Positions 1 through 11,983 of a stretch of DNA of 64,000 nt are shown here, piece after piece (the stretch's first letter is position 1; each line of letters begins with the position of its first letter). Origin of the DNA: the human T2T-CHM13v2.0 reference genome, Homo sapiens; NCBI RefSeq assembly GCF_009914755.1, contig NC_060933.1. One strand, given 5' to 3'. Below the pieces are notes generated by a model. The model saw nothing but the letters and a program-made list of their open reading frames with translations. It ran no database searches and was not told where the DNA came from. The position numbers and the translations under genes were made by a program.

Positions 1-1429
1 CCATTCCATTCCATTCCACTCATTTTGATTCCACTCCTTTCCATTCCATTCGGTTTGAAGGCATTCCATTCCATTCCATTCCATTCCATTCCATTCCATT
101 CCATTCCATTCCATTGTACTCGTGTTGATTCCATTCCATTGCATTCCATTCCATTCCATTCCATTCCATTCCGTTGCATTCCATTCCATTACATTCAGAT
201 TGATTCTATTCAACTCCCTTACGCTCCATTACATTCCATTCCATTCGGGTTGTTCCATTCCATTCCATTCCATTCCACTCCATTCCATTGCACTCGGGTT
301 GTTTCCATTCCATTCCATTCCATTCCATTCCATTCCATTCCGGATGATTCCATTCCATTGCATTCCGTTCCATTACATTCCCCTGCACTCGCGTTGATTC
401 CATTCCATTCCATTCAATTCCATTCCATTACAATTCGTTCCATTCCATTCTATTCCGTATCATTTCATTCCATTCCATACCATTCCATTCCATTCCATTC
501 CATTCCATTCCATTCCGTTCCATTCCGTTCCATTGCATTCCATTCCATTCTATTCGGGTTAATTCCATTCCATTCCATTCTATTCCATTCCATTGCAATC
601 GAGTTGAATCCATTGCATTTCATTCCATTCCATTCCATTCCATTCCATTCCATTCCGGAGGATTCCATTCCATTGCATTCCATTCCATTCCATTCCCCTG
701 CACTCGCGTTGAATCCATTCCATTCCATTCCATTCCATTCCATTCCGTTCCGTTCCATTCCATTCTATTCGGGTTAATTCCATTCCATTCCATTCGATTG
801 CAATAGAGTTGATTCCATTCCATTCCATTCCATTCCATTCCATTCCATTCCATTCCATTCCATTCCTTTCCATTCCATTACGGATGATTCCATTCCATTG
901 CATTCCATTCCATTCCATTCCCCTGTACTCGGGTTGATTCCATTCCATTCCATTCCAATCCATGCCATTCCACTCGTGTTGATTCCATTCTTTCCATTCC
1001 ATTCAAGTTGAATCCATTCCATTGCATTCAATTCCATTCGATTCCATTCGATTGCACTCGGGTTGATTCCATTCCATTCCATTCCATTCCATTCCATTCC
1101 ATTCCGTTCCATTCCATTCCATTACATTCGGATTGATTCTATTCAATTCCCTTACACTCCATTACATTCCATTCCATTCGGGTAGTTTCCACTCCATTCC
1201 ATTCCATTCCTCTCCATTCCATTGCACTCGGGTTGATTCCATTCCATTGCATTCCATTCCATTCCATTCAATTCCATTCCGTTCCATTCCATTCCATTAC
1301 ATTCGGATTGATTCTATTCAACTCCCTTACTCTCCATTACATTCGATTCCATTCGGGTTGTTCCATTCCATTCCATTCCATTCTACTCCATTCCATTGCA
1401 CTCGGGTTGATTCCTTTCCATTCCATTCC

Positions 1430-1444
1430 ATTCCGGAAGATTCC
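1430..1444. promoter_or_regulatory. Heat-shock-element-like motif ATTCC-GGAAG-ATTCC (representative of ~50 copies in the window)
   Basis: Exact match to the nTTCn-nGAAn-nTTCn HSF1 trimer consensus. Other copies start at 1860, 2678, 4522, 5395, 9983, 10128 ... 63052, 63720. HSF1 binding to Sat III is established, but occupancy of these particular sites is not shown. Confidence 0.6.
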
Positions 1445-1641
1445 ATTCCATTACATTCCATTACATTCCATTCCCCTGCACTCGCGTTGATTCCATTCCA
1501 TTCCATTCCATTCCATTCCATTCCATTCCTTTCCGTTCCATTCCATTCCATTCCATTCCATTCCATTCCATTCCATTCCGTTCCGTTCTGTTCCATTCCA
1601 TTCCATTCCATTCTATTCGGGTTAATTGCATTCCATTCCAT

Positions 1642-1655
1642 TCGATTGCAATCGA
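1642..1655. other. Perfect 14-bp palindrome TCGATTGCAATCGA (representative; recurs in dozens of modules)
   Basis: Self reverse-complementary, read directly from the sequence. Further copies near 2885, 5607, 7020, 9352, 10305, 10984 and onward. Confidence 0.85.
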
Positions 1656-4600
1656 GTTGATTCCAATCCATTCCATTCCATACCATTCCATTCCATTCCA
1701 TTCCATTCCATTCCATTCCATTCCGTTCCATTCCGTTCCATTCCATTCCATTCCATTCTATTCGGGTTAATTCCATTCCATTCCATTGCATTCCATTCTA
1801 TTCCATTCCATTGCAATCGAGTTGAATCCATTGCATTTCATTCCATTCCATTCCATTCCATTCCGGAAGATTCCATTCCATTGCATTCCATTCCATTCCA
1901 TTCCCTTGCACTCGCGTTGATTCCATTCCGTTCCATTCCATTCCATTCCATTCCATTCCGTCCCTTTCCGTTCCATTCCATTCCATTCTATTCGGGTTAA
2001 TTCCATTCCATTCCATTCGATTGCAATCGTGTTGATTCCATTCCGTTCCATTCCATTCCATTCCATTCCATTCCATTCCATTCCTTTCCATTCCATTACG
2101 GATGATTCCATTCCATTGCATTCCATTCCATTCCATTCCCCTGTACTCGGGTTGATTCCATTCCATTGCATTCCAATCCATGCCCTTCCACTCGTGTTGA
2201 TTCCATTCTTTCCATTCCATTCAAGTTGAATCCATTCCATTGCATTCCATTCCATTCGATTCCATTCGATTGCACTCGGGTTGATTCCATTCCATTGCAT
2301 TCCATTCCATTCCATTCCATTCCATTCCATTCCGTTTCATTCCATTCCATTACATTCGGATTGATTCTATTCAATTCCCTTACACTCCATTACATTCCAT
2401 TCCATTCGGGTAGTTTCCATTCCATTCCATTCCATTCCTCTCCATTCCATTGCACTCGGGTTGATTCCATTCCATTGCATTCCATTCCATTCCATTCCAT
2501 TCCATTCCGTTCCATTCCATTCCATTACATTCGGATTGATTCTATTCATCTCCCTTAGTCTCCATTACATTCCATTCCATTCGGGTTGTTCCATTCCATT
2601 CCATTCCATTCCACTCCATTGCATTGCACTCGGGTTGATTCCATTCCATTCCATTCCATTCCATTCCATTCCATTCCATTCCGGAAGATTCCATTCCATT
2701 GCATTCCATTCCATTACATTCCCCTGCACTCGCGTTGATTCCATTCCATTCCATTCCATTCCATTCCATTCCATTCCATTCCATTCCTTTCCGTTCCATT
2801 CCATTCCATTCCATTCCATTCCGTTCCGTTGCGTTCCATTCCATTCCATTCCATTCTATTCGGGTTAATTCCATTCCATTCCATTCGATTGCAATCGAGT
2901 TGATTGCATTCCATTCCATTCCATTCCATTCCATTCCATTCCATTCCATTCCTTTCCATTCCATTACGGATGATTCCATTCCATTGCATTCCATTCCATT
3001 CCATTCCTCTGTACTCGGGTTGATTCCATTCCATTCCATTCCAATCCATGCCATTCCACTCGTGTTGATTCCATTCTTTCCATTCCATTCAAGTTGAATC
3101 CATTCCATTGCATTCCATTCCATTCCATTCCCCTGCAGTCGGGTTGATTCCATTCCATTCCATTCCATTCCATTCCATTCCATTTCGTTCCGTTCCGTTC
3201 CATTGCATTCCATTCCTTTCTACTCGGGTTAATTCCATTCCATTCCATTCCATTCCATTCCATTCCAATCGAGTTGATTCCATTCCATTCCATTCCATTC
3301 CATTCCATTCCACTCCAGTCCAGTCCTTTCCAAACCATTCCACTCGGGTGGATTCCAATGTATTCCTTTCCATTCCATTCCATTCCATTGCAATCGAGTT
3401 GATTCCATTGCTTTGCATTCCATTCCATTCCATTCCATTCCGGATGATTCCATTCCATTGCATTCCATTCCATTCCATTCCCCTGCACTCGGGTTGATTC
3501 CATTCCATTCCACTCCATTCCGTTCCATTCCATTCCATTCCATTGTATTCGGGTTAATTCCATTCCATTCCATTCCATTCCATTCCATTACAATCGAGTT
3601 GATTCCATTCCATTCCATTCCATTCCAGTCCTTTCCATTCCATTCCACTCGGGTTGATTCCATTCTATTAGTTTCCATTCCATTCCATTCCCTTCCATTC
3701 CACTCTGGTTGATTCCACTCCTTTCCATTCCACTCGAATACATTCCCTCCTATTCCACTCGGAACGATTCCATTCCATTCCATTCCATTCCATTCCATTC
3801 CATTCCATTCCATTCCATTTCATTCCATTGCAATCCATTCCAATCCATTCCATTCCATTCCACTCGAGTTGATTTCATTCCATCTCTTTCCATTCCATTC
3901 CATTCCTTTCCATTCGAGTTGATTCCATTCCATTCCATTCCATTGCATTCCATTCCATGCCATTCCACTCGGGTTGATTCCATTCCTTTGCATTCCATTC
4001 CATTCCATTCCATTCCATTCCATTCCATTCCGTTGCATTCCATTCCATTACATTCCGATTGATTTCTATTCAACTCCCTTACTCTCCATTACATTCCATT
4101 CCATTCGGGTTGTTCTATTCCATTCCATTCCATTCCACTCCATTCCATTGCACTCGGGTTGATTCCATTCCATTCCATTCCATTCCATTCCATTCCATTC
4201 CGGATGATTCCATTCCATTGCATTCCGTTCCATTACATTCCCCTGCACTCGCGTTGATTCCATTCCATTCCATTCCATTCCATTCAATTCCATTCCATTA
4301 CAATTCGTTCCATTCCATTCTATTCCGTACCATTCCATTCCATTCCATACCATTCCATTCCATTCGATTCCATTCCGTTCCGTTCCATTCCGTTCCATTC
4401 CATTCCATTCCATTCTATTCGGGTTAATTCCATTCCATTCCATTCAATTCCATTCCATTCTATTCCATTCCATTGCAGTCGAGTTGAATCCATTGCATTT
4501 CATTCCATTCCATTCCATTCCATTCCGGAAGATTCCATTCCATTGCATTCCATTCCATTCCATTCCCCTGCACTGGCGTTGATTCCATTCCGTTACATTC

Positions 4601-7600
4601 CATTCCATTCCATTCCATTCCGTTCCGTTCCGTTCCGTTCCGTTCCATTCCATTCCATTCCATTCCGTTCCGTTCCATTCCATTCCATTCCATTCTATTC
4701 TGGTTAATTTCATTCCATTCCATTCGATTGCAATCGTGTTGATTCCATTCCATTCCATTCCATTCCATTCCATTCCATTCCATTCCATTCCATTCCTTTC
4801 CATTCCATTACGGATGATTCCATTCCATTGCATTCCATTCCATTCCATTCCCCTGTACTCGGGTTGATTCCATTCCATTGCATTCCAATCCATGCCCTTC
4901 CACTCGTGTTGATTCCATTCTTTCCATTCCATTCAAGTTGAATCCATTCCATTGCATTCCATTCCATTCGATTCCATTCGATTGCTCTCGGGTTGATTCC
5001 ATTCCATTGCATTCCATTGCATTCCATTCCATTCCATTCCATTCCGTTCCATTCCATTCCATTACATTCGGATTGATTCTATTCAATTCCCTTACACTCC
5101 ATTACATTCCATTCCATTTGGGTAGTTTCCATTCCATTCCATTCCATTCCATTCCATTCCATTCCATTGTACTCGGGTTGATTCCATTCCATTGCATTCC
5201 ATTCCATTCCATTCCATTCCATTCCGTTGCATTCCATTCCATTACATTCGGATTGATTCTATTCAACTCCCTTACTCTCCATTCCATTCCATTCCATTCG
5301 GGTTGTTCCATTCCATTCCATTCCATTCCACTCCATTCCATTGCACTCGGGTTGATTCCATTCCATTCCATTCCATTCCATTCCATTCCATTCCATTCCG
5401 GAAGATTCCATTCCATTGCATTCCATTCCATTCCATTCCCCTGCACTCGCGTTGATTCCATTCCATTCCATTCCATTCCATTCCATTCCATTCCATTCCA
5501 TTCCATTCCTTTCCATTCCATTCCATTCCATTCCATTCCGTTCCGTTCCGTTCCGTTCCATTCCATTCCATTCCATTCTATTCGGGTTAATTCCATTCCA
5601 TTCCATTCGATTGCAATCGAGTTGATTCCATTCCATTCCATTCCATTCCATTCCATTCCATTCCATTCCATTCCTTTCCATTCCATTACGGATGATTCCA
5701 TTCCATTGCATTCCATTCCATTCCATTCCCCTGTACTCGGGTTGATTCCATTCCATTCCATTCCAATCCATGCCATTCCACTCGTGTTGATTCCATTCTT
5801 TCCATTCCATTCAAGTTGAATCCATTCCATTGCATTCCATTCCATTCCATTCCCCTGCAGTCTGGTTGATTCCATTCCATTCGATTCCATTCCATTCCAT
5901 TCCATTCCATTCCGTTCCGTTCCGTTCCACTGCATTCCATTCCTTTCTACTCGGGATAATTCCATTCCATTCCATTCCATTCCATTCCATTCCAATCGAG
6001 TTGATTCTATTCCATTCCATTCCATTCCATTCCATTCCATTCCAGTCCTTTCCATTCCATTCCACTCGGGTTGATTCCATTCTATTACTTTCCATTCCAT
6101 TCCATTCCTTTCCATTCCACTCTGGTTGATTCCATTCCTTTCCATTCCACTCGAATACATTCCCTCCTATTCCACTCGGAACGGTTCCATTCCATTCCAT
6201 TCCATTCCATTCCATTCCATTCCATTCCATTCCATTTCGTTCCATTCCATTCTATTCCGTATCCTTCCATTCCATTCCATTCCATTCCATTCCATTCCAT
6301 TGTACTCGGGTTGATTCCACTCCATTGCATTCCATTCCATTCTATTCCATTCCATTCCGTTGCATTCCATTCCATTACATTCGGATTGATTCTATTCAAC
6401 TCCCTTACTCTCCATTACATTCCATTCCATTCGGGTTGTTCCATTCCATTCCATTCCATTCCACTCCATTCCATTGCACTCGTGTTGATTCCATTCCATT
6501 CCATTCCATTCCATTCCATTCCGGATGATTCCATTCCATTGCATTCCGTTCCATTACATTCCCCTGCACTCGCGTTGATTCCATTCCATTCCATTCCATT
6601 CCATTCAATTCCATTCCATTACAATTCGTTCCATTCCATTCTATTCCGTACCATTCCATTCCATTCCATACCATTCCATTCCACTCCATTCCATTCCATT
6701 CCGTTCCATTCCGTTCCATTCCATTCCATTCCATTCTATTCGGATTAATTCCATTCCCTTCCATTCCATTCCATTCTATTCCATTCCATTGCAATCGAGT
6801 TGAATCCATTGCATTTCATTCCATTCCATTCCATTCCATTCCATTCCGGAATATTCCATTCCATTGCATTCCATTCCATTCCATTCCCCTGCACTCGCGT
6901 TGATTCCATTCCATTCCATTCCATTCCGTTCTGTTCCATTGCATTCCATTCCATTCCATTCCGTTCTGTTCCATTCCATTCCATTCTATTCTATTCGGGT
7001 TAATTCCATTCCATTCCATTCGATTGCAATCGAGTTGATTCCATTCCATTCCATTCCATTCCATTCCATTCCATTCCTTTCCATTCCATTACGGATGATT
7101 CCATTCCATTGCATTCCATTCCATTCCATTCCCCTGTACTCGGGTTGATTCCATTCCATTCCATTCCAATCCATGCCATTCCACTCGTGTTGTTTCCATT
7201 CTTTCCATTCCATTCAAGTTGATTCCATTCCATTGCATTCCATTCCATTCGATTCCATTCGATTGCACTCGGGTTGATTCCATTCCATAGCATTCCATTC
7301 CATTCCATTCCATTCCATTCCATTCCATTCCATTGCATTCGGATTGATTCTATTCAATTCCCTTACACTCCATTACATTCCATTCCATTCGGGTAGTTTC
7401 CACTCCATTCCATTCCATTCCTCTCCATTCCATTGCACTCGGGTTGATTCCATTCCATTGCATTCCATTCCATTCCATTCAATTACATTCCGTTCCATTC
7501 CATTCCATTACATTCGGATTGATTCTATTCAACTCCCTTACTCTCCATTACATTCCATTCCATTCGGGTTGTTCCATTCCATTCCATTCCATTCCACTCC

Positions 7601-7655
7601 ATTCCATTGCACTCGGGTTTATTCCATTCCATTCCATTCCATTCCATTCCATTCC

Positions 7656-7670
7656 ATTCCAGAACATTCC
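7656..7670. promoter_or_regulatory. HSE variant ATTCC-AGAAC-ATTCC
   Basis: nTTCn-nGAAn-nTTCn with the preferred AGAAn central unit. The paralogous site at 19624 reads ATTCC-AAAAC-ATTCC, which breaks the motif. Confidence 0.5.
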
Positions 7671-8519
7671 ATTCCATTGCATTCCATTCCATTCCATTCC
7701 CCTGCACTCGCGTTCATTCCATTCCATTCCATTCCATTCCATTCCATTCCTTTCCGTTCCATTCCATTCCATTCCATTCCGTTCCGTTCCGTTCCGTTCC
7801 GTTCCGTTGCATTCCATTCCATTCCATTCCATTCCATTCCATTCCGTTCCTTTCCGTTCCATTCCATTCCATTCCACTCTATTCGGGTTAATTCCATTCC
7901 ATTCCATTCCATTCCATTCCATTCCAATCGAGTTGATTCCATTCCATTCCATTCCACTCCATTCCAGTCCTTTCCATTCCATTCCACTCGGGTTGATTCC
8001 AATGTATTCCTTTCCATTCCATTCCATTCCATTGCAATCGAGTTGATTCCATTGCTTTGCATTCCATTCCATTCCATTCCATTCCGGATGATTCCATTCC
8101 ATTGCATTCCATTCCATTCCATTCCCCTGCACTCGGGTTGATTCCATTCCATTCCACTCCATTCCGTTCCATTCCATTCCATTCCATTGTATTCAGGTTA
8201 ATTCCATTCCATTCCATTCCATTCCATTCCATTCCATTCCATTACAATCGAGTTGATTCCATTCCATTCCATTCCATTCCATTCCATTCCATTCCAGTCC
8301 TTTCCATTCCATTCCACTCGGGTTGATTCCATTCTATTAGTTTCCATTCCATTCCATTCCCTTCCATTCCACTCTGGTTGATTCCATTCCTTTCCATTCC
8401 ACTCGAATACATTCCTTCCTGTTCCACTCGGAACGATTCCATTCCATTCCATTCCATTCCATTCCATTCCATTCCATTCCATTCCATTCCATTTCGTTCC
8501 ATTCCATTCTATTCCGTAT

Positions 8520-11500
8520 CATTCCATTCCATTCCATTCTATTCCATTCCATTCCTTTCCATTCCATTCGGTTTGAAGGCATTCCATTCCATTCCATTCC
8601 ATTCCATTCCATTCCATTCCATTCCATTCCATTGTACTCGGGTTGATTCCATTCCATTGCATTCCATTCCATTCCATTCCATTCCATTCCGTTGCATTCC
8701 ATTCCATTACATTCAGATTGATTCTATTCAACTCCCTTACGCTCCATTACATTCCATTCCATTCGGGTTGTTCCATTCCATTCCATTCCATTCCACTCCA
8801 TTCCATTGCACTCGGGTTGTTTCCATTCCATTCCATTCCATTCCATTCCATTCCATTCCGGATGATTCCATTCCATTGCATTCCGTTCCATTACATTCCC
8901 CTGCACTCGCGTTGATTCCATTCCATTCCATTCAATTCCATTCCATTACAATTCGTTCCATTCCATTCTATTCCGTACCATTCTATTCCATTCCAATCCA
9001 TTCCATTCCATTCCATTCCATTCCATTCCGTTCCATTCCGTTCCATTGCATTCCATTCCATTCTATTCGGGTTAATTCCATTCCATTCCATTCTATTCCA
9101 TTCCATTGCAATCGAGTTGAATCCATTGCATTTCATTCCATTCCATTCCATTCCATTCCATTCCATTCCGGAGGATTCCATTCCATTGCATTCCATTCCA
9201 TTCCATTCCCCTACACTCGCGTTGAATCCATTCCATTCCATTCCATTCCATTCCATTCCGTTCCGTTCCATTCCATTCCATTCCATTCCATTCCGTTCCA
9301 TTCCATTCCATTCCATTCCATTCTATTCGGGTTAATTCCATTCCATTCCATTCGATTGCAATCGAGTTGATTCCATTCCATTCCATTCCATTCCATTCCA
9401 TTCCATTCCATTCCATTCCTTTCCATTCCATTACGGATGATTCCATTCCATTGCATTCCATTCCATTCCATTCCCCTGTACTCGGGTTGATTCCATTCCA
9501 TTCCATTCCAATCCATGCCATTCCACTCGTGTTGATTCCATTCTTTCCATTCCATTCAAGTTGAATCCATTCCATTGCATTCAATTCCATTCGATTCCAT
9601 TCGATTGCACTCGGGTTGATTCCATTCCATTCCATTCCATTCCATTCCATTCCATTCCGTTCCATTCCATTCCATTACATTCGGATTGATTCTATTCAAT
9701 TCCCTTACACTCCATTACATTCCATTCCATTCGGGTATTTTCCACTCCATTCCATTCCATTCCTCTCCATTCCATTGCACTCGGGTTGATTCCATTCCAT
9801 TGCATTCCATTCCATTCCATTCAATTCCATTCCGTTCCATTCCATTCCATTACATTCGGATTGATTCTATTCAACTCCCTTACTCTCCATTACATTCGAT
9901 TCCATTCGGGTTGTTCCATTCCATTCCATTCCATTCTACCCCATTCCATTGCACTCGGGTTGATTCCTTTCCATTCCATTCCATTCCGGAAGATTCCATT
10001 CCATTACATTCCATTACATTCCATTCCCCTGCACTCCCGTTGATTCCATTCCATTCCATTCCATTCCATTCCATTCCATTCCTTTCCGTTCCATTCCATT
10101 CCATTCCATTCCATTCCATTCCATTCCATTCCGGAAGATTCCATTCCATTGCATTCCATTCCATTCCATTCCCCTGCACTCGCGTTGATTCCATTCCATT
10201 CCATTCCGTTCCGTTCCATTCCATTCCATTCCATTCCATTCCATTCCGTTCCTTTCCATTCCATTCCATTCCATTCTATTCGGGTTAATTCTATTCCATT
10301 CCATTCGATTGCAATCGAGTTGATTCCATTCCATTCCATTCCATTCCATTCGATTCCATTCGATTGCACTCGGGTTGATTCCTTTCCATTGCATTCCATT
10401 CCATTCCATTCCATTCCATTCCATTCCATTCCGTTCCATTCCTTTCCATTATATTCGGATTGATTCTATTCAATTCCCTTACACTCCATTACATTCCATT
10501 CCATTCGGGTAGTTTCCATTCCATTCCATTCCATTCCTCTCCATTCCATTGCACTCGGGTTGATTCCATTCCATTGCATTCCATTCCATTCCATTCAATT
10601 ACATTCCGTTCCATTCCATTCCATTACATTCGGATTGATTCTATTCAACTCCCTTACTCTCCATTACATTCCATTCCATTCGGGTTGTTCCATTCCATTC
10701 CATTCTATTCCACTCCATTCCATTGCACTCGGGTTTATTCCATTCCATTCCATTCCATTCCATTCCATTCCGGAACATTCCATTCCATTGCATTCCATTC
10801 CATTCCATTCCCCTGCACTCGCGTTCATTCCATTCCATTCCATTCCATTCCATTCCATTCCATTCCTTTCCGTTCCATTCCATTCCATTCCATTCCATTC
10901 CATTCCGTTCCGTTCCGTTCCGTTCCGTTCCGTTGCATTCCATTCCATTCCATTCTATTCGGGTTAATTCCATTCCATTCCATTCGATTGCAATCGAGTT
11001 GATTCCATTCCATTCCATTCCATTCCATTCCATTCCATTCCATTCCATTCCTTTCCATTCCATTACGGATGATTCCATTCCATTGCATTCCATTCCATTC
11101 CATTCCCCTGTACTCGGGTTGATTCCATTCCATTCCATTCCAATCCATGCCATTCCACTCGTGTTGATTCCATTCTTTCCATTCCATTCAAGTTGAATCC
11201 ATTCCATTGCATTCCATTCCATTCCATTCCCCTGCAGTCGGGTTGATTCCATTCCATTCCATTCCATTCCATTCCATTCCATTCCATTCCGTTCCTTTCC
11301 GTTCCATTCCATTCCATTCCACTCTATTCGGGTTAATTCCATTCCATTCCATTCCATTCCATTCCATTCCAATCGAGTTGATTCCATTCCATTCCATTCC
11401 ACTCCATTCCAGTCCTTTCCATTCCATTCCACTCGGGTTGATTCCAATGTATTCCTTTCCATTCCATTCCATTCCATTGCAATCGAGTTGATTCCATTGC

Positions 11501-11983
11501 TTTGCATTCCATTCCATTCCATTCCATTCCGGATGATTCCATTCCATTGCATTCCATTCCATTCCATTCCCCTGCACTCGGGTTGATTCCATTCCATTCC
11601 ACTCCATTCCGTTCCATTCCATTCCACTCCATTGTATTCAGGTTAATTCCATTCCATTCCATTCCATTCCATTCCATTCCATTCCATTCCATTACAATCG
11701 AGTTGATTCCATTCCATTCCATTCCATTCCATTCCATTCCAGTCCTTTTCATTCCATTCCACTCGGGTTGATTCCATTCTATTAGTTTCCATTCCATTCC
11801 ATTCCCTTCCATTCCACTCTGGTTGATTCCATTCCTTTCCATTCCACTCGAATACATTCCTTCCTATTCCACTCGGAACGATTCCATTCCATTCCATTCC
11901 ATTCCATTCCATTCCATTCCATTTCGTTCCATTCCATTCTATTCCGTATCATTCCATTCCATTCCATTCCATTCCATTCCATT
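8520..11983 (+). repeat. ~3.46-kb internally deleted/rearranged version of the ~8.5-kb unit
   Basis: Marker CGGTTTGAAGGC lies at 51, 8569, 12034 and 20537 (spacings 8518, 3465, 8503). 8.52-10.1 kb matches the start of the unit, and 10.46-11.98 kb matches its end (7.34-8.52 kb). Confidence 0.8.

Larger units (their letters stand above)
1..10120 (+). repeat. Copy 1 of a ~11.97-kb-offset near-identical direct repeat (left end runs off the window)
   Basis: Private variants recur at a constant offset: ACTCATTTTG 18/12001, CTCGAG 3863/15831, GATTTCT 4061/16034. ORF pairs: 1133/13111, 1626/13594, 3709/15677, 6071/18029, 7344/19312, 8378/20351, 9686/21644. Confidence 0.93.

Noticed and set aside
770-780. 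Telomere-like GGGTTA in ATTCGGGTTAATT
   Set aside because: It is a single hexamer within a terminator variant and never tandem, so it is not an interstitial telomere or G4 tract.
1036-1055. HSat2 assignment from ATTCGATTCCATTCGATTG
   Set aside because: CATTCGATTC is only a minor word here. HSat2 is built from a ~23-26-bp CATTCGATTC-rich unit without long pure CATTC runs.
1130-1146. DUX4 site in GGATTGATTCTATTCAA
   Set aside because: It does not match TAAYYYAATCA well on either strand, so it is unsupported without binding data.
3757-3771. ACTCGGAACGATTCC as an additional HSE
   Set aside because: GAA and TTC are separated by 3 nt rather than 2, and the upstream unit is not nTTCn in register.
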